A stretch of 64,000 nt of DNA from NCBI GenBank assembly GCA_038087875.1, contig CM075992.1, positions 11,224,001 to 11,288,000 on the forward strand, read 5' to 3'. Shown in pieces: positions 42,971-57,146 of the stretch. The DNA is from Malacoraja senta. Its lineage: Eukaryota. A program made the translations under genes and the position numbers. The notes below the pieces were generated by a model. The model did no database searches, was not told the DNA's origin, and saw nothing but the letters and a program-made list of their open reading frames with translations. Numbering within the stretch: position 1 is the stretch's first letter; each line of letters begins with the position of its first letter.

Positions 42971-45900
42971 AATTCAAGGAATCTAATGGGAAGGTAGTTT
43001 CTGCAGATTTTCTGCAGCTGCTAGCGGCTGTAAATACAATTCTGGTATCAACAGCAGAATGTGAAAGAAGCTTCAGTGGCATGAATTTCTGCATGTCACC
43101 ACAACTTGCAAGACTTCAAACTGATCATCTTTCAACCCCTCTATTTATTATGTTGGTGGGACCTCATCTGTCAAAACTCAACCCCGAAGAATATGTGAGG
43201 ACATGGCTTCTAAGTGGCAGAAGGCATGCTGAAGAAACGGCATGCAGAAAGAGGTGACAGAAAAAAAATGGAGATTATATACCATGATGGAACATTTTGT
43301 AATGTAAACAGAGAGAGAGAGACAGATGCAAGAAAGCAGCTATGACATATAATACACAATAAACTGTATTATAAATACACAATAAACAAGTTATGCATTC
43401 TTGTACTCTTACATGGGTATGACCGCACATTAAAAACATTTCCCCCCTTCCTTCCCAACCTCAGCCTCACGGGCCTTAGAGTACCCCTGGTTCCTAAAAC
43501 CCATTTCCATCACTGAGCATGTCATATTTCGCTTGGGCAGCTTACAGCACAGTGGTATGAATATTGATTTATCTAGCTTCAAGTAACCCTGGCAATCCTT
43601 TTCTCTCTATCCTTCCCGCACCATAGTCTGTCATAGAGATGTTGGGCTGAATGGCCTGTTCTTCTGTAGTAATTTCTAAATAATTCACTCTTGCTCCTGC
43701 TGATTTACAGATTGCAATCGAAGTATTTCATGGGTTAATTCTGCTGTATTTTTTAACAGGAAGCACAAAGACTGAGAACAAAGGCCTTTTCACGTCAAGG
43801 AAACAAATAATATTTGGTGAAATGTTTCAGATGCAAATTAAGCAACCGATGGAAATTAGAACCGCAAACTAGTAAACAAGGAGGGCTTGGCGAATGGGTG
43901 CGAGTTGGTGGGGAGAGCGACACAGTTTCCATGGCAATTTAGTGTTCAAGTCATGGGGTCATATAGCACGGATAAAGGCCTGTACCTGTCCAAGTGCCTT
44001 TTAAATGTTGTTATAGTACCTGCCAAAACTACCTCCTCTGGCAGATCATTCATGTATCCACCACCTTCTGGGTGTCTATCTTTGATTTAAACCAGCATCT
44101 ACAGTTCCTTCCTACACATATTATAAGATTCCCTCTCAGCCACCTGCACTCCAAGGAATAAAGTCCTAGTCTGCCCAACCTTTCCCTATAGCTCAGCCCC
44201 TCAAGTCCTGGCAACATCATTGTAAATCTTCTCTGCACTCTTTCCAGATTACCGATATCCTTTTTATAGCAGGGTGACCAAAACTGAACACAGTACTCCA
44301 AATGTAATAAAAAGTAGTCTGGGATCGCTGCTGGAGGCGTTTATCGAGGCGCGGCTGTCTCGATGCCTCCCGGATCGCCGCGTAGAAGCCCAGGTCGGGG
44401 CCCGGCCAGACCCTCGCGGCTGACGGAGCCAACGGCTGGGGCCTGGGTCGGCGCCATGGAAGCGTGAAGTGGGGCATCGACAGCGGTGAGGCCTCAGCGG
44501 CGGTGAAGCGGCAGCAGCGGTGAAGCCTCGCGACGATGGGGCCTCAGCGGCAGTGAAGCCTCGCGGCGACCCACGGTTGATGAGAGCGTGGAGGACCACT
44601 GTGAGTGGGCAGGGGAAGAACAATGGAGGACCCGGCGTGGGGGAACCACTGTGGAGGGGGTAGGGGGAGAACAATGGACAATTGGGGAGGGTGGGGGAAC
44701 AAAGAACAATGGGGACCCAGCGTGGGGGGACGACTGTGGAGGGGGGGGAGAGCACAAAAGGAGGAGCCGGCGTGCTTTGTAACTTTGTCAGTGCTGTAGG
44801 TGGCTGCTATTTGTATACATTGGGTACGCAGCAAATAATTTCACTGTGCCTTGTCACATGTGACAATAAAGTATTCCATTCCATAAAACCAAAGACTAAA
44901 AATGCTCGAGTAACTCAGTGGGTCAGACAGCATCTCTGGAGAAAATGAGACAATATTACAAGTGCAGCCTCACCAACGTACAACTATAACATAACTTCTC
45001 AACCTTCAGTATCCTGACTGATGAAGGTAAGTGTACCAAAAACCTTCTTGACCATCCTATCTACCTATGATGCCACTTATAGGGAACTATATTTAGGCAA
45101 CTATCCAGGATCCCTGTGCTCTACAACACTCCCCAGGGCCCTACCAATCACTGTGGTTCTGCCCTACATTGACTTCTCAAAGTGCAACAACTCACACCAA
45201 TCTGCATTAATCTCCAAAGATAGACACAAAGGCTGGAGTAACACATCTCCAGCATCTCTGGAGAGAAGGAATGGGTGACGTTTCGGGTCGAGACCCTTCT
45301 TCAGATTAGTTCGGGATAAGAGAAACAAGAGATATAGATGATGATACGCTAGGCACAGTAGAGTGTTAGTAGAGGGAAATTGGATGCTTCTGCGGTCAAG
45401 GAAGAAACAGGGCTTTAAGGCCTTCCTGGTGGTGGATGGAGGAGTAGAGTGAATGAACGCCCATAGTAAAGATGAGGCAGTCGGGGCTCGGAAAGCGGAA
45501 GTCATTAAAGAGACGAAGGGCATGTGAGGTATCTTGCTCATAGGTCGGGAGATATTGGACCAAGGGGATAGGATGGAGTCGAGGTACGTGTTAATCATTT
45601 CAGTGGGACAGGTCCAGGCTGAAACAATGGGTCTGCCAGAGCAGTTGTACTCCCACACCCTCATCATATAGACATTCAGTCATTCTACACCTCCATCCCC
45701 CATCAGGAAGGCCTTAAAGCCCTCTGTATTATCCTCGACCGCAGAACCAACCAATTTCTCTCTACTAACACTCTACTCCACCTAGCAGAGCTGGTCCTCA
45801 CCCTTAACAACTCCTCCTGCACCCATGCAGAACTCATGGATTTCAGCAACTTCACCACCAATTTCCATCCTGCATTTAGAAGGATGAGGGGAATTTTATA

Positions 45901-48900
45901 GAAACATATAAAATTATAAAAGGAGTGGACAAGCTAGATGCAGGAAAAATGTTCCCAATATTGGGCGAGTCCAAAACCAGGGGCCACAGTCTTAGAATAA
46001 AGGGGAGGTCATTTAAGACTGAGGTGAGAAAAAATGTTTTCACCCAGAGAGTTGTGAATTTATGGAATTCCCTGCCACAGAGGGCAGTGGAGGCCACGTC
46101 ACTGGATGGATTTAAGAGAGAGTTAGATAGAGATCTAGGGGCTAGTGTAGTCAAGGGATATGGGGAGAAGGCAGGCACGGGTTATTGATAGGGGACGATC
46201 AGCCATAATCACAATGAATGGCGGTGCTGGCTCGAAGGGCCGAATGGCCTCCTCTTGCACCTAGTTTCTATGTTTCTATGTTTCTAAATTCACTTGGACC
46301 ATCACCAACACCTCCCTCCCCTTTCTTGATCTCATCATCTCCATCACAGGAAATAGACTATCGACTGATGTCTATTAGAAACCCACTGACTCCCACAACT
46401 ATCTCGACTACACTTCTTCCCTCCCATTTTCCTGTAAAGACTCTATCCCCTACTCCCAATTCCTCTATCTACTCTGCATCTGTGCCCAAGATGAGGTACC
46501 CCATTCTGGGATATCTGAGATGTCCTCATTCTTTAGGGAATGAAAGTTCCTCCCTCCATTATAGATGAAGCCTCCACTCATGTCTCCTTGGTACCCCGCA
46601 GCTCCACCCTTGCTCCCCCTCCCCCTAGTCGCAACAGAGTCCTCCTAGTCATTATTTTTCACCCCATCAGCCGTCGCCTACAACACATAATCCTTTGAAA
46701 TTTTTGCCAACTCCAATGGGATCCTACACCAGTCACATATTCCCATCTCCACCCCTTTCCACCTTCCGCAGAGATCTTTCCCCCCGCAACTCCCTGGTTA
46801 ACTCATCTCTTCTCACCCAAACCACCCCCTCCCCATGTACCTTCCCCTGCAACTGCAAAAGATGCAACACCTGTCCCTATATCTCCTCCCTTGACTCTGT
46901 CCAGGCACCCCGACAGTCCTTTCAGGTTACGCAGAGGTTCACGTGCATCTCCTCCAACCTCATCTACTGTATCCATTGTTCAAGATGTGAACTTTTATAC
47001 ATCGACGAGACCAAATGTAGACTGGGCGATCATTTCACTGAACCTACCTGAACTTCTGGTTGCTAAACATTTTAATTCCCCTTCCCATTCTCACACAGAC
47101 CTTTCTGTCCGAGGTGGGAGGAACGCAGGGGGACGGCATTCCCCTACTTTTCAGTTTCTAGTTTATGTCTAATTACTGTACAAGATGGGAGTCAGAGTTG
47201 TTAAATACGTTTTTTTTTAAATGACCATGGATAATCGTTACGAGTCTCCCTGCATCGGCCATGAGATAGAAACAATTTGTTAACCACCACTGTTAGCACT
47301 TGTAACAACCAGTAGTTAACATGTAGTTATACAATGTGTCATCAATACATCCATCCACATTCCTCAGTAAATGTAATTTTGTTTTGACCATGTATTAATG
47401 ACACCATGTTCCTTTGAATACAATTAATGGGGGGAATTTAATAAACTCACTGTCATTGCTCCGGACCGCGAGCACGGGCTTCTTCTGGTGTGGAGGTAGT
47501 CACGTTATTTTATTATTCCACGCTATTTTATTATTCTCTCACTCTCTCCCTCTCTCTTGCCCTCGTCCTCTCTCCCTCTTCCCCTCTCCCTCTCTCGCTG
47601 TGTCTCTGTCTTTCGCTCTCTCCTTCCCTCCATCTCTCGCTGTGTCTCTGTCATTCGCTCTCTCCTTCCCTCCCTCTCTCGCTGTCTCTGTATTTCACTC
47701 TCTCCTTCCCTCCCTCTCCTTCTCTCGCTGTATCTCTGTCGTTCGCTCTCTCCCTTTCTCCCTCTCTCACTGTGTCTCTCTGTCTTTTGCTCTCTCCTTC
47801 CCTCCATTTCTTGCTGTGTCTCTCTGTCTTTCGCTCTCTCATTCCCCCCCTCTCTCGCTGTGTCTCTCTGTCTTTCGCTGGAGTAACTCAGCGGGTCAGG
47901 CAGCATCTCTGCAGAGAAGGAATAGGTGACGTTTTGGGTTGAGACCCTTCTTTGGACCCCCCATAGATCCGGTCTGACCTGCTGAGTTCCCCAGCACTTT
48001 ATGTTTTGTCTTAAAATAAATCCGTGGTCCGCTGAAGAAACAACACGTAGACCACTCTGGAAGTGCCAGTTTTGATGTATACTTCATACTCTAGAACATA
48101 TCATAATACTCCCAGAGTGATTTAATGGGGTTAGATTTTTTTTAATCTGTTGTCTAGAATTAACCGAAACCCACGCTATGAACCTTATATCAGATTTAAA
48201 TCGTAATTACGATTTTTTTGTTTTCCTATTTGTCAATTTTTTTGCCTGATTAATGGCGGCCAATCAACCACTGTCTCTAAGGAGGTTGCGTCCAATCACC
48301 AATGAGCTTCCCTTAAAACCTTCCCGTCCAATCAACAAATCAGCCTCCTCCCGTCCAATCAGCCGCTGTCTCCAAGGGCATTACTTTTTCTATTATCAGG
48401 CCCCAATAAGAAACTGCATTTTCAGATTAATTGTTTCAGTTACATTAGAATGGATGGGGAGAAAATTAAATTAGTACCAATAGTTTTTCCAGCCTAAATC
48501 GGGAGTGGTGAATTTTATTGTGAGTAGTTTTATTTAGCAAAACAGTAGTGCAAGCGGAAATATTTTATTATATATCACCATCAAATTTTATTATATATCA
48601 CTATCAAATATCTATAAATTTCAGATTTGTGTACCCCTGTGAAAATGAGCATACTGAGATACTTTAAAAGGCAGCGTCTTCGGATCGATGAAGAAATAAA
48701 TGATAATGAAGACATTCAGCCAGAAAAGAAGGCATAATTACTTGAAAATGATAATGGAACTAATGCAGCTGTTTCGCCTGATGCTGCAGGTGAAGACATT
48801 TCAAAGATATTGAAAAATGTGATCTTCCAGACTGTTGGACACAAGAAATGTACTTAAACAAAAAGAAAGAATATCCCTGGCTAATTGTTAAAAACAGAAA

Positions 48901-51809
48901 ACTAGGATGTAGTGTATGTAGCAAGTGTGGTCATCTTGGACTTGAACGATCATAAGGAATTCATTTGTCTCGTGAGTGGTGCAGTGTTAATGTAGTAGGA
49001 GTGAGTGATGACAAAGCAAAACAGTTAATGAGTTTAAGAAAAATGATTGTTAAGCACAAAAATAGTGAAGCTCATACCAGATGCTAAAAAATCAATGAAA
49101 GCTGAAAAAAAAGCAAACGTAAATGTAGTGTATATGTCACTGAAAAAGGACGAAGCAAAAACAGGTCGAGTTTTTAGAACTGTTTTTAATATTGTGCACA
49201 AAGGTAGGCCATACACAGATATGTCTTCTGATATTGAACTGCAAGAAAGAAAACGGCTACACTCTCGTAAGTCATGTGCAGATGTTTCTCACCACATAGG
49301 GAACCAGATGCGAAAGACAGTGGTGGAAAATATAATTTCAAAACAATCTAAAATGTCTATTATGATTGATGAATTTACTACTATTAATGGGAAAACTGTT
49401 CTAGTAGTATGCTTGAGAGCAGCAGTTGTTGAATCTTCCCAAACTATATCATTCTATTTTGACTTAGAACATATGAAACGGTACAAATGCAAAATCTATA
49501 TATGATGGGCTTCTAAGGTGCTTGCAAAGAGGTGGCTTTTAAAAGAAAATGTGATATCACTTGTAACTGATGTTGCATCAGTAATGTTAGGACGAAATGC
49601 AGGGGTTACAAAACTATTTCTTGAAGATTTCCCTAATGCAACTGTTTGGCACTGTGCCAGTCACAGGCTTGAACTCAGTGGAGGTGATGCTATAAGTGAA
49701 GTTGCAGGTTTGAATCATTTTTGATATTTTGTGATAAATTGTGTTCATAGAAACATAGAAACATAGAAAATAGGTGCAGGAGGAGGCCATTCGGCCCTTC
49801 GAGCCAGCACCACCATTCATTGTGATCATGGCTGATCGTCCCCTGATATTCCTTATAACATAGGTCTCCTAAAAATCAGGATGAGTTAACTGCATGCGTT
49901 GAGGCTCTTCACTGTCAACTGTTGAAAATTGGTCGTGTTTTCAGTGTGAGATGGGTTGCTTCGTCTTACCGAACTGTAAAGGCTATGTGGCCATCTTATG
50001 AAGCTATTTGGAAGCATTTTGGGAAAGCAAGCTGTGATACTTCAAGATCTAGTGCAGAGAGAGCAAAGTACGAGGGGCTGAAAAAAGTATTAGAATCATC
50101 AGCTTTCGTAAATAATTTGGGCTTGTTGATGGACAGTTTGCTAGAGTTGTCTGAACTGTCACTTGAACTGCAGAACCAAAATTGTACACTTAGTAAAGCA
50201 CATGAGGAAATTAAACAAACTATCAAGGTCCTTGAATGTCAAATAGAGAAGACAGGAAAATATTATACTCAAGTGGAGAAAACAACAAGCCAGATGATAT
50301 TTAACAGAATAAATTTGAGAGCTGGTAAAATACCTACTATACATAGACAACAGTTTTTGAGGAGTTTGGTCAATAATATGGAATACAGGCTGCTTGAATA
50401 TACAACAGCTTCCAATGATAAATGTAAAAAGTTAATTAACATAGAAACATAGAAAATAGGTGCAGGAGGAGGCCATTTGGCCATTCGAGCCAGCAGCGCC
50501 ATTCATTGTGATCATAGCTGATCAACCCTAATCAATAACCCGTGCCTGCCTTCACCCCATATCCCTTGATTCCACCAGCCCCCGAGAGCTCTATCTAACT
50601 CTCTCTTAAATCCATCCAGTGATTTGGCCTCCACTGCACTCTGTGGCAGGGAATTCCACAAATTCACAACTCTCTGGGTGAAAACGTTTTTTCTCACCTC
50701 AGTCTTAAATGGCCTCCCCTTTATTCTAAGACTGTGGCCCCTGGTTCTGGACTCACCCAACATTGGGAACATTTTTCCTGCATCTAGCTTGTCCAGTCCT
50801 TTTATAATGTTATATGTTTCTATAAGATACCCCCTCATCCTTCTAAACTCCAATGAATACAAGCCTAGTCTATTCAATCTTTCCTCATATGAGAGTCCCG
50901 CAATCCCAGGGATCAATCTCGTGAACCTACGCTGCACTGCCTCAATCACAAGGATTAGGAGACCAAAACTGTACACAATACTCCAGATGTGGTCTTACAA
51001 GCGCCCTATAAAACTGCAGAAGAACCTCTCTACCCCTTAACTGAAATCCTCTTGTTATGAAGTCCAAAATTCCATTAGCTTTCTTCACTGCCTGCTGTAC
51101 CTGCACGCCAACTTTCAGTGACCAGTGTACAAGGACACCTAGGTCTCGCTGAACTTCCCCCTTACCTAACCTAACCGCCTTGAGGTAATAATCTGCCCCC
51201 TTGTTATTGCCTCCAAAGTGGATAACCTCACATTTATCTATATTATACTGCATCTGTCATGCATCTGCCCACTCACTCAAACTGTCCAGGTCACCCTGCA
51301 ACCTCCTAACATCCTCTTCACAGTTCACACTGCCACCCAGCCAAAAACAAGTCAAAATATTTAAATATTAACAATATTCCAGAATATTCACTTTTAACCT
51401 TTGGGGATAATGATGTAGAAGAAATTGCAGAACAATTTGGCTTAAATGGTCTGCTTTGTATCAGGACCTTCACAGAATTGAACAAAGAGAAGCAGGAGAA
51501 AACACTGATTGGCTCTAGCCCGAGTGGGAGGAGAGTTAGAAGTGAGTCAGAGGGGGAAAACAGTTTAAAACTGAGGAATTTAGTTTGTAAATTGGTAAAT
51601 TAGGCAATTTATCCGTGAATATAAGCAGGACGGCTCTTAGGGAGCAGCCTTGTGAATGAAGTGCCTTGTGATGTAAATGCCTTGTGAGGGAAGTGCGAGT
51701 CTTTGGCTCGAGAGTCTTCGGTGAGGAGGCTGAGGAGGCTACGCAAAACGCTGGAGAGGGAGAGACGAAAGAAGGAGATGTCAAGCAAACTGATTCAGTG
51801 TGATGCTTG

Positions 51810-53027
51810 GTGACTTGTATGAAACTGGAAAATTACTTTCATTTCAACAATTACAAATAAAATATAAACTCGGAAATAATCAATATTTTAAATATTTTCA
51901 AATATGCGACTATTTGAAAAAATATACAAAAGATCATTATAATAACCCAGTAGATGTATTGGACGAGGCAATGCAGATAAAAGTGGAATCAGCAAACTTA
52001 ATATCATATTTGTATAATATTATCTTAAATGTACAAATACCATCTACGGAGGGTATCAGAAGAGACTGGGAACAAGAGTTAGCTATTAAAATTTCAAAGG
52101 AAATTTGGAATGAATACTTATTAAATGTGCATAAATGCTCGATTAATGTAAGACACACTTTAATACAATTTAAAATTTTACATAGATTATATTATTCGAA
52201 AACTAAAATTCATAAAATTTTCCCAAATGTATCATCTATTTGTGATAAATGTCAATCCCAAGAAGCTACTATAGCGCACTCATTCATTTTCTGTACAAAA
52301 ATTCAAAAATTTTGGAATGAAATTTTTGAAATCTTTACAAAGTTATTTAAAACAAGACTGATACCCAAAGCAGAATGGATTATCTTCGGTATAACGGAAG
52401 ATGGTCCAGAACTAAATGTGTTTCAAAAGAAACTAATGGACTATGGGTTAATAACTGGAAAAAAGCTAATTCTAAAATTTTGGAAGAAGGCTCCAATACC
52501 AACTATAAATATGTGGATTTCAAATATGTTTGAAACATTACACCTAGAAGAGATAAGACTCCTCCTAGCAGGTAAACCAGATCACTTCCACCTGACGTGG
52601 TCTGCATTTATAGAATTATTACAAACATAGGGTGCAAAAGTACTTTAAAAAAAAAAATTGAGGTCAGGTAAGGGGGGATGATAGTTGAAGAGTTGGTATG
52701 TCCCATTTACGTAATGCTCATAAAAATATTTGTTTCTCTCTTTTTCCTCTTTCTCTTTCTCTTTCTCTCCTAGTGTCTATTTCTTAACTCTTTTTCTTTT
52801 GTTTTTAATTTTGCTCTTATAGGGTCTTCGTCCTTTTTTGTTGTCACATTTCCTACACTTTCACATTTTCCTTCACTTTCTTCTTTCTTTCAATCTTTTC
52901 CTTTTCTAGTGTAAAAAATAAATGGAGTACATTAATTGTAAGAAGATATAAATGACGAGTACTAATGTATGTGGTTGTAATGTAATGTACTTCTAATAAA
53001 TAAAAATTAAAAAAAAGAAGAAAAAAA
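51810..53027 (+). mobile_element. L1 3' fragment, unit 3 (ORF2 C-terminus uninterrupted)
   Basis: ORF 51800-52630 (276 aa) lacks the 1-bp frameshift seen in units 1-2. Confidence 0.88.
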
Positions 53028-53486
53028 AAGAACCTCTCTACCCCTTAACTGAAATCCTCTTGTTATGAAGTCCAAAATTCCATTAGCTTTCTTCACTGCC
53101 TGCTGTACCTGCACGCCAACTTTCAGTGACCAGTGTATAAGGACACCCAGGTCTCGCTGTACCTCCCCCTTACCTAACCTAACCGCCTTGAGGTAATAAT
53201 CTGCCCCTTGATGTTGCCACCAAAGTGGATAACCTCACATTTATCTATATTATGCTGCATCTGTCACGCATCTGCCCACTCACTCAAACTGTCCAGGTCA
53301 CCCTGCAACCTCCTAACATCCTCTTCACAGTTCACACTGCCACCCAGCCAAAAACAAGTCAAAATATTTAGATATTAACAATATTCCAGAAGATTCACTT
53401 TTAACCTTTGGGGATAATGATGTAGAAGAAATTGCAGAACAATTTGGCTTAAATGGTCTGCTTTGTATCAGGGCCTTCAGAGAATT

Positions 53487-56400
53487 GAACAAAGAGAAGC
53501 AGGAGAAAGCACTGATTGGCTCTAGCCCAAGTGGGAGGAGAGTTAGAAGTGAGTCAGAGGGGGAAAACAGTTTTAAACTGTGGAATTTAGTTTGTAAATT
53601 GGTAAATTAGGCAATTTATCAGTCAATATAAGCAGGACGGCTCTTAGGGAGCAGCCTTGTGAATGAAGTGCCTTGTGAGGGAAGTGTCTTGTGAGGGAAG
53701 TGCGAGTCTTTGGCGAGGAGGCTGAGGAGGCTACGCAAAACGCTGGAGAGTGAGAGACGAAAGAAGGAGATGTCAAGCAAACTGCTTCAGTGTGATGCTT
53801 GCAGTATGTGGGAGATTATGGACACTGCTGGTGCCTCTGGCTGCTACAAATGTGAGAAGTGCATCCAGGTACAGCTCCTGAAGGACCATGTTGGGGAACT
53901 GGAGAAGCAAGTGGATGACCTCAGGTTCATCCGAGAAACTGAGTCGTTCCTTGACAAGTCCTATAGTAAGATTGTTACACCTAAGGTACTGGAAGAGAGA
54001 AGGTGGGTGACGGTGAGAAAGGGAGGGAAACATGGAATGCAAAGGTCCCCGGGTGTTGTACCTCTTGTGAACAGGTTCACCCACTTAGAAGCTGTCGGGA
54101 CAGAAGATGTTATCACACTGAGCGGTGGACTGGCTTGCGAAGCAAAAAGGGCTTTGGAGCCAAAACCAAAGAGGCCAACGTCAGGCAACGCCATTGTAGT
54201 TGGAGACTCTGTTGTGGGAGGTACGGACAGGGGTTTCTGCGGCAACAGATGGGATTCGAGGATGGTGCGCTGCCTCTCTGGTGCCAGGATCCAGGAGGTC
54301 ACGGACAGAGTGCAGAAAATCCTCAAGGGCGAAGGTGAACAGCCGGAAGTGGTAATGCATGTCGGCACAAACGATGTCGGAAAGAAGGGGGTGAATATTC
54401 TGCAGCGTGACATTAGAGAGCTCGGAAAAAAGCTGAAAAGCAGGACGTCCAGGGTTGTTATCTCCGGTTTGCTTCCAGTTCCTCGTGCTGGCAAGAGCAG
54501 GAACAGGGAGATACGGGACCTGAATGTGTGGCTGAGGAACTGGTGCAGGGGGCAGGGATTTAGATTCTTAGATCACTGGGATCTGTTTTGGAGTAAGGGG
54601 GAACTGTACAAAAGGGACGGTACCAGCATTCTGGCAGGTAGGTTTGCCACTGCTACACGGGTGGTTTTAAACTGAATAAGGGGGGTGGGGTGTCAAATTG
54701 GATAGTCGAGGACGGAGTTAAAGGAAAAGAGAGTAAAGGGATGGTTAATGACCCCAGAATTAACAGGAAAGGAAGCTCACAAAGGGATAGGAGAGTATGG
54801 CCAAGTGTAATAGGGATCGATGTGAAAGGTGAGATGCGTAAGGAATTAAAAGTATTGTATTTGAATGCACAAAGTATAAGGGGTAAAGTAGATGAGCTTG
54901 AGGCTCAGTTAGAGGTTGGTAGATATGACATTGTGGGGATTACTGAGACGTGGCTGCAGGAGGATCGGGCCTGGGAACTTAATATTCAGGGTTATACATC
55001 CTATAGAAAGGACATGCAGGTGTGCAGAGGAGGGGGGTAGCTCTGCTGGTGAGGGATGGAATTCAGTCCCTTGCGAGGGAAGACATAGGGACTGACGAGG
55101 TAGAGTCACTTTGGATTGAGTTGAGGAATTGTAAAGGCAAGAAGACACTAATTGGTGTTATCTACAGACCCCCAAATAGTAGCCCGGATGTAGGGTGTAA
55201 GTTGCAGCAGGAGTTAAAACTGGCATGTAACAAAGGTAATGCCACAGTGGTGATGGGGGATTTCAATATGCAGGTAGACTGGGAAAATCAGGTTGGTTCA
55301 GGACCCCAAGAAAGTGAGTTTGTAGAATGCCTCCGAGATGGATTCTTAGAGCAGCTTGTAATGGAGCCGACCGGAGAAAAGGCAATTCTGGATTTAGTGT
55401 TGTCCAATGAACCAGATATGATAAGAGAACTCGAGGTAAAGGAACCACTTGGAGGTAGTGATCATAATATGATTAGTTTTAATCTGCAATTTGAGAAGGA
55501 GAAGGTTAAATCGGAAGTTTCAGTGATGCAGTTGAACAAAGGGGACTATGAAGACATGAGTGGGGAGCTGGCCAAGGTAGAGTGGAAAGGGATCCTAGCA
55601 GGAATGACGGTGGAACAGCAATGGCAGGAATTTCTGGGCATAATCCAGAAGACGCAGAATCATTTCATTCCAAAAGGGAAGAAAGATTCTAAGGGGAGTA
55701 GGAGGCAACCGTGGCTGACAAGAGAAGTTAGGGATAGAATAAAACTAAAAGAAAAGGATTGGGAAACTTTCATAGGACAACAGAAGGAAACAAAACGGGC
55801 AATACGGGCTGAAAAGATGAAGTACGAAGGGAAGCTGGCCAGGAATATAAAGGACAGTAAAAGCTTCCTTAGATATGTTAAGGGAAAAAGAGTTGCAAAG
55901 TCAAATGTGGGTCCCTTGAAGGCAGACACGGGTGAAATTATTATGGGCAACAAGGAAATGGCAGAAGAGTTGAATAGGTACTTCGGATCTGTCTTCACTA
56001 AGGAAGACACAAACAATCTCCCAGATGTACTGGTGGACAGAGGATCTAAGGGGGTAGAGGAACTGAAAGAAATTTTCATTAGGCGAGAAATAGTATTGGG
56101 TTGGCTAATGGGACTGAAGAATGATAAATCCCCTGGGCCTGATGGTCTTCATCCCAGAGTCCTCAGGGAGGCGGCTCTAGAAATAGTGGACGCATTGGTG
56201 ATCATTTTCCAATGTTCAATAGATTCAGGATCAGTTCCTGTGGATTGTAGGATAGGTAATGTTATCCCACTTTTCAGGAAAGGAGGGAGAAAACGGGGAA
56301 TTACAGACCAGTTAGCCTGACTTCGGTGGTGGGAAAGATGCTGGAGTCAATTATTAAAGAGGTAATAATGGGGCATTTGGATAGCAGTTAAAGGATTAGT

Positions 56401-57146
56401 CAAGTCAACATGGATTTATGAAAGGGAATTCATGCTTGACTAATCTTCTGCAATTTTTTGAGGATGTGACAAGTAAAATGGATGAAGGGGTGCCAGTGGA
56501 TGTAGTGTATCTAGACTTTCAGAAAGCCTTTGGTAAGTTCCCGCATGGGACACTGGTGACGAAAATTAGACCACATGGTATTGGGGGTGTTGACATGGAT
56601 AGAAAATTGGTTGGCAGACCGGAAGCAAAGAGTAGGAGTGAAGGGGTCCTTTTCAGAATGGCAGGCAGTGGTGAGTGGAGTGCCGCAAGGCTCGGTGTTG
56701 GGGCTGCAACTGTTTACCATATATATTAATGATTTGGAAGAGGGAATTAGGAGCAACACTAGCACGTTTGTGGATGACTCAAAGCTGGGTGGCAGTGTGA
56801 ACTGTGAAGAGGATGTTAGGAGGTTGAAGGGTGACCTGGACAGGTTGAGTGGGCAGATGCGTGGCAGATGCAGTATAATATAGATAAATGTGAGGTTATC
56901 TTTTTCACCCAGAGAGTTGTGAATTTATTAAATTCCCTGCCACAGAGGGCAGTGGAGGCCAACTCACTGAATGGATTTAAGAGAGAGTTAGATAGAGCTC
57001 TAGGGGCTAGTGGAGTCGAGGGATATGGGGAGAAGGCAGGCACGGGTTATTGATTGGGGACGATCAGTCATGATCACAATGTATGGCGGTGCTGGCTCGA
57101 AGGGCCGAATGGCCTCCTCCTGCACCTATTTTCTATGTTTCTATGT
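53487..57146 (+). mobile_element. Defective CR1, unit 3
   Basis: Same structure as 25027-28701, plus a 15-bp 5' UTR deletion near 53712. Confidence 0.93.

Larger units (their letters stand above)
32908..43515 (+). mobile_element. hAT transposon with nested retroelements, unit 2 (transposase pseudogene 34442-43257)
   Basis: Offset +14269 from unit 1; right TIR 43504-43515, TSD 43516-43523. Confidence 0.85.
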
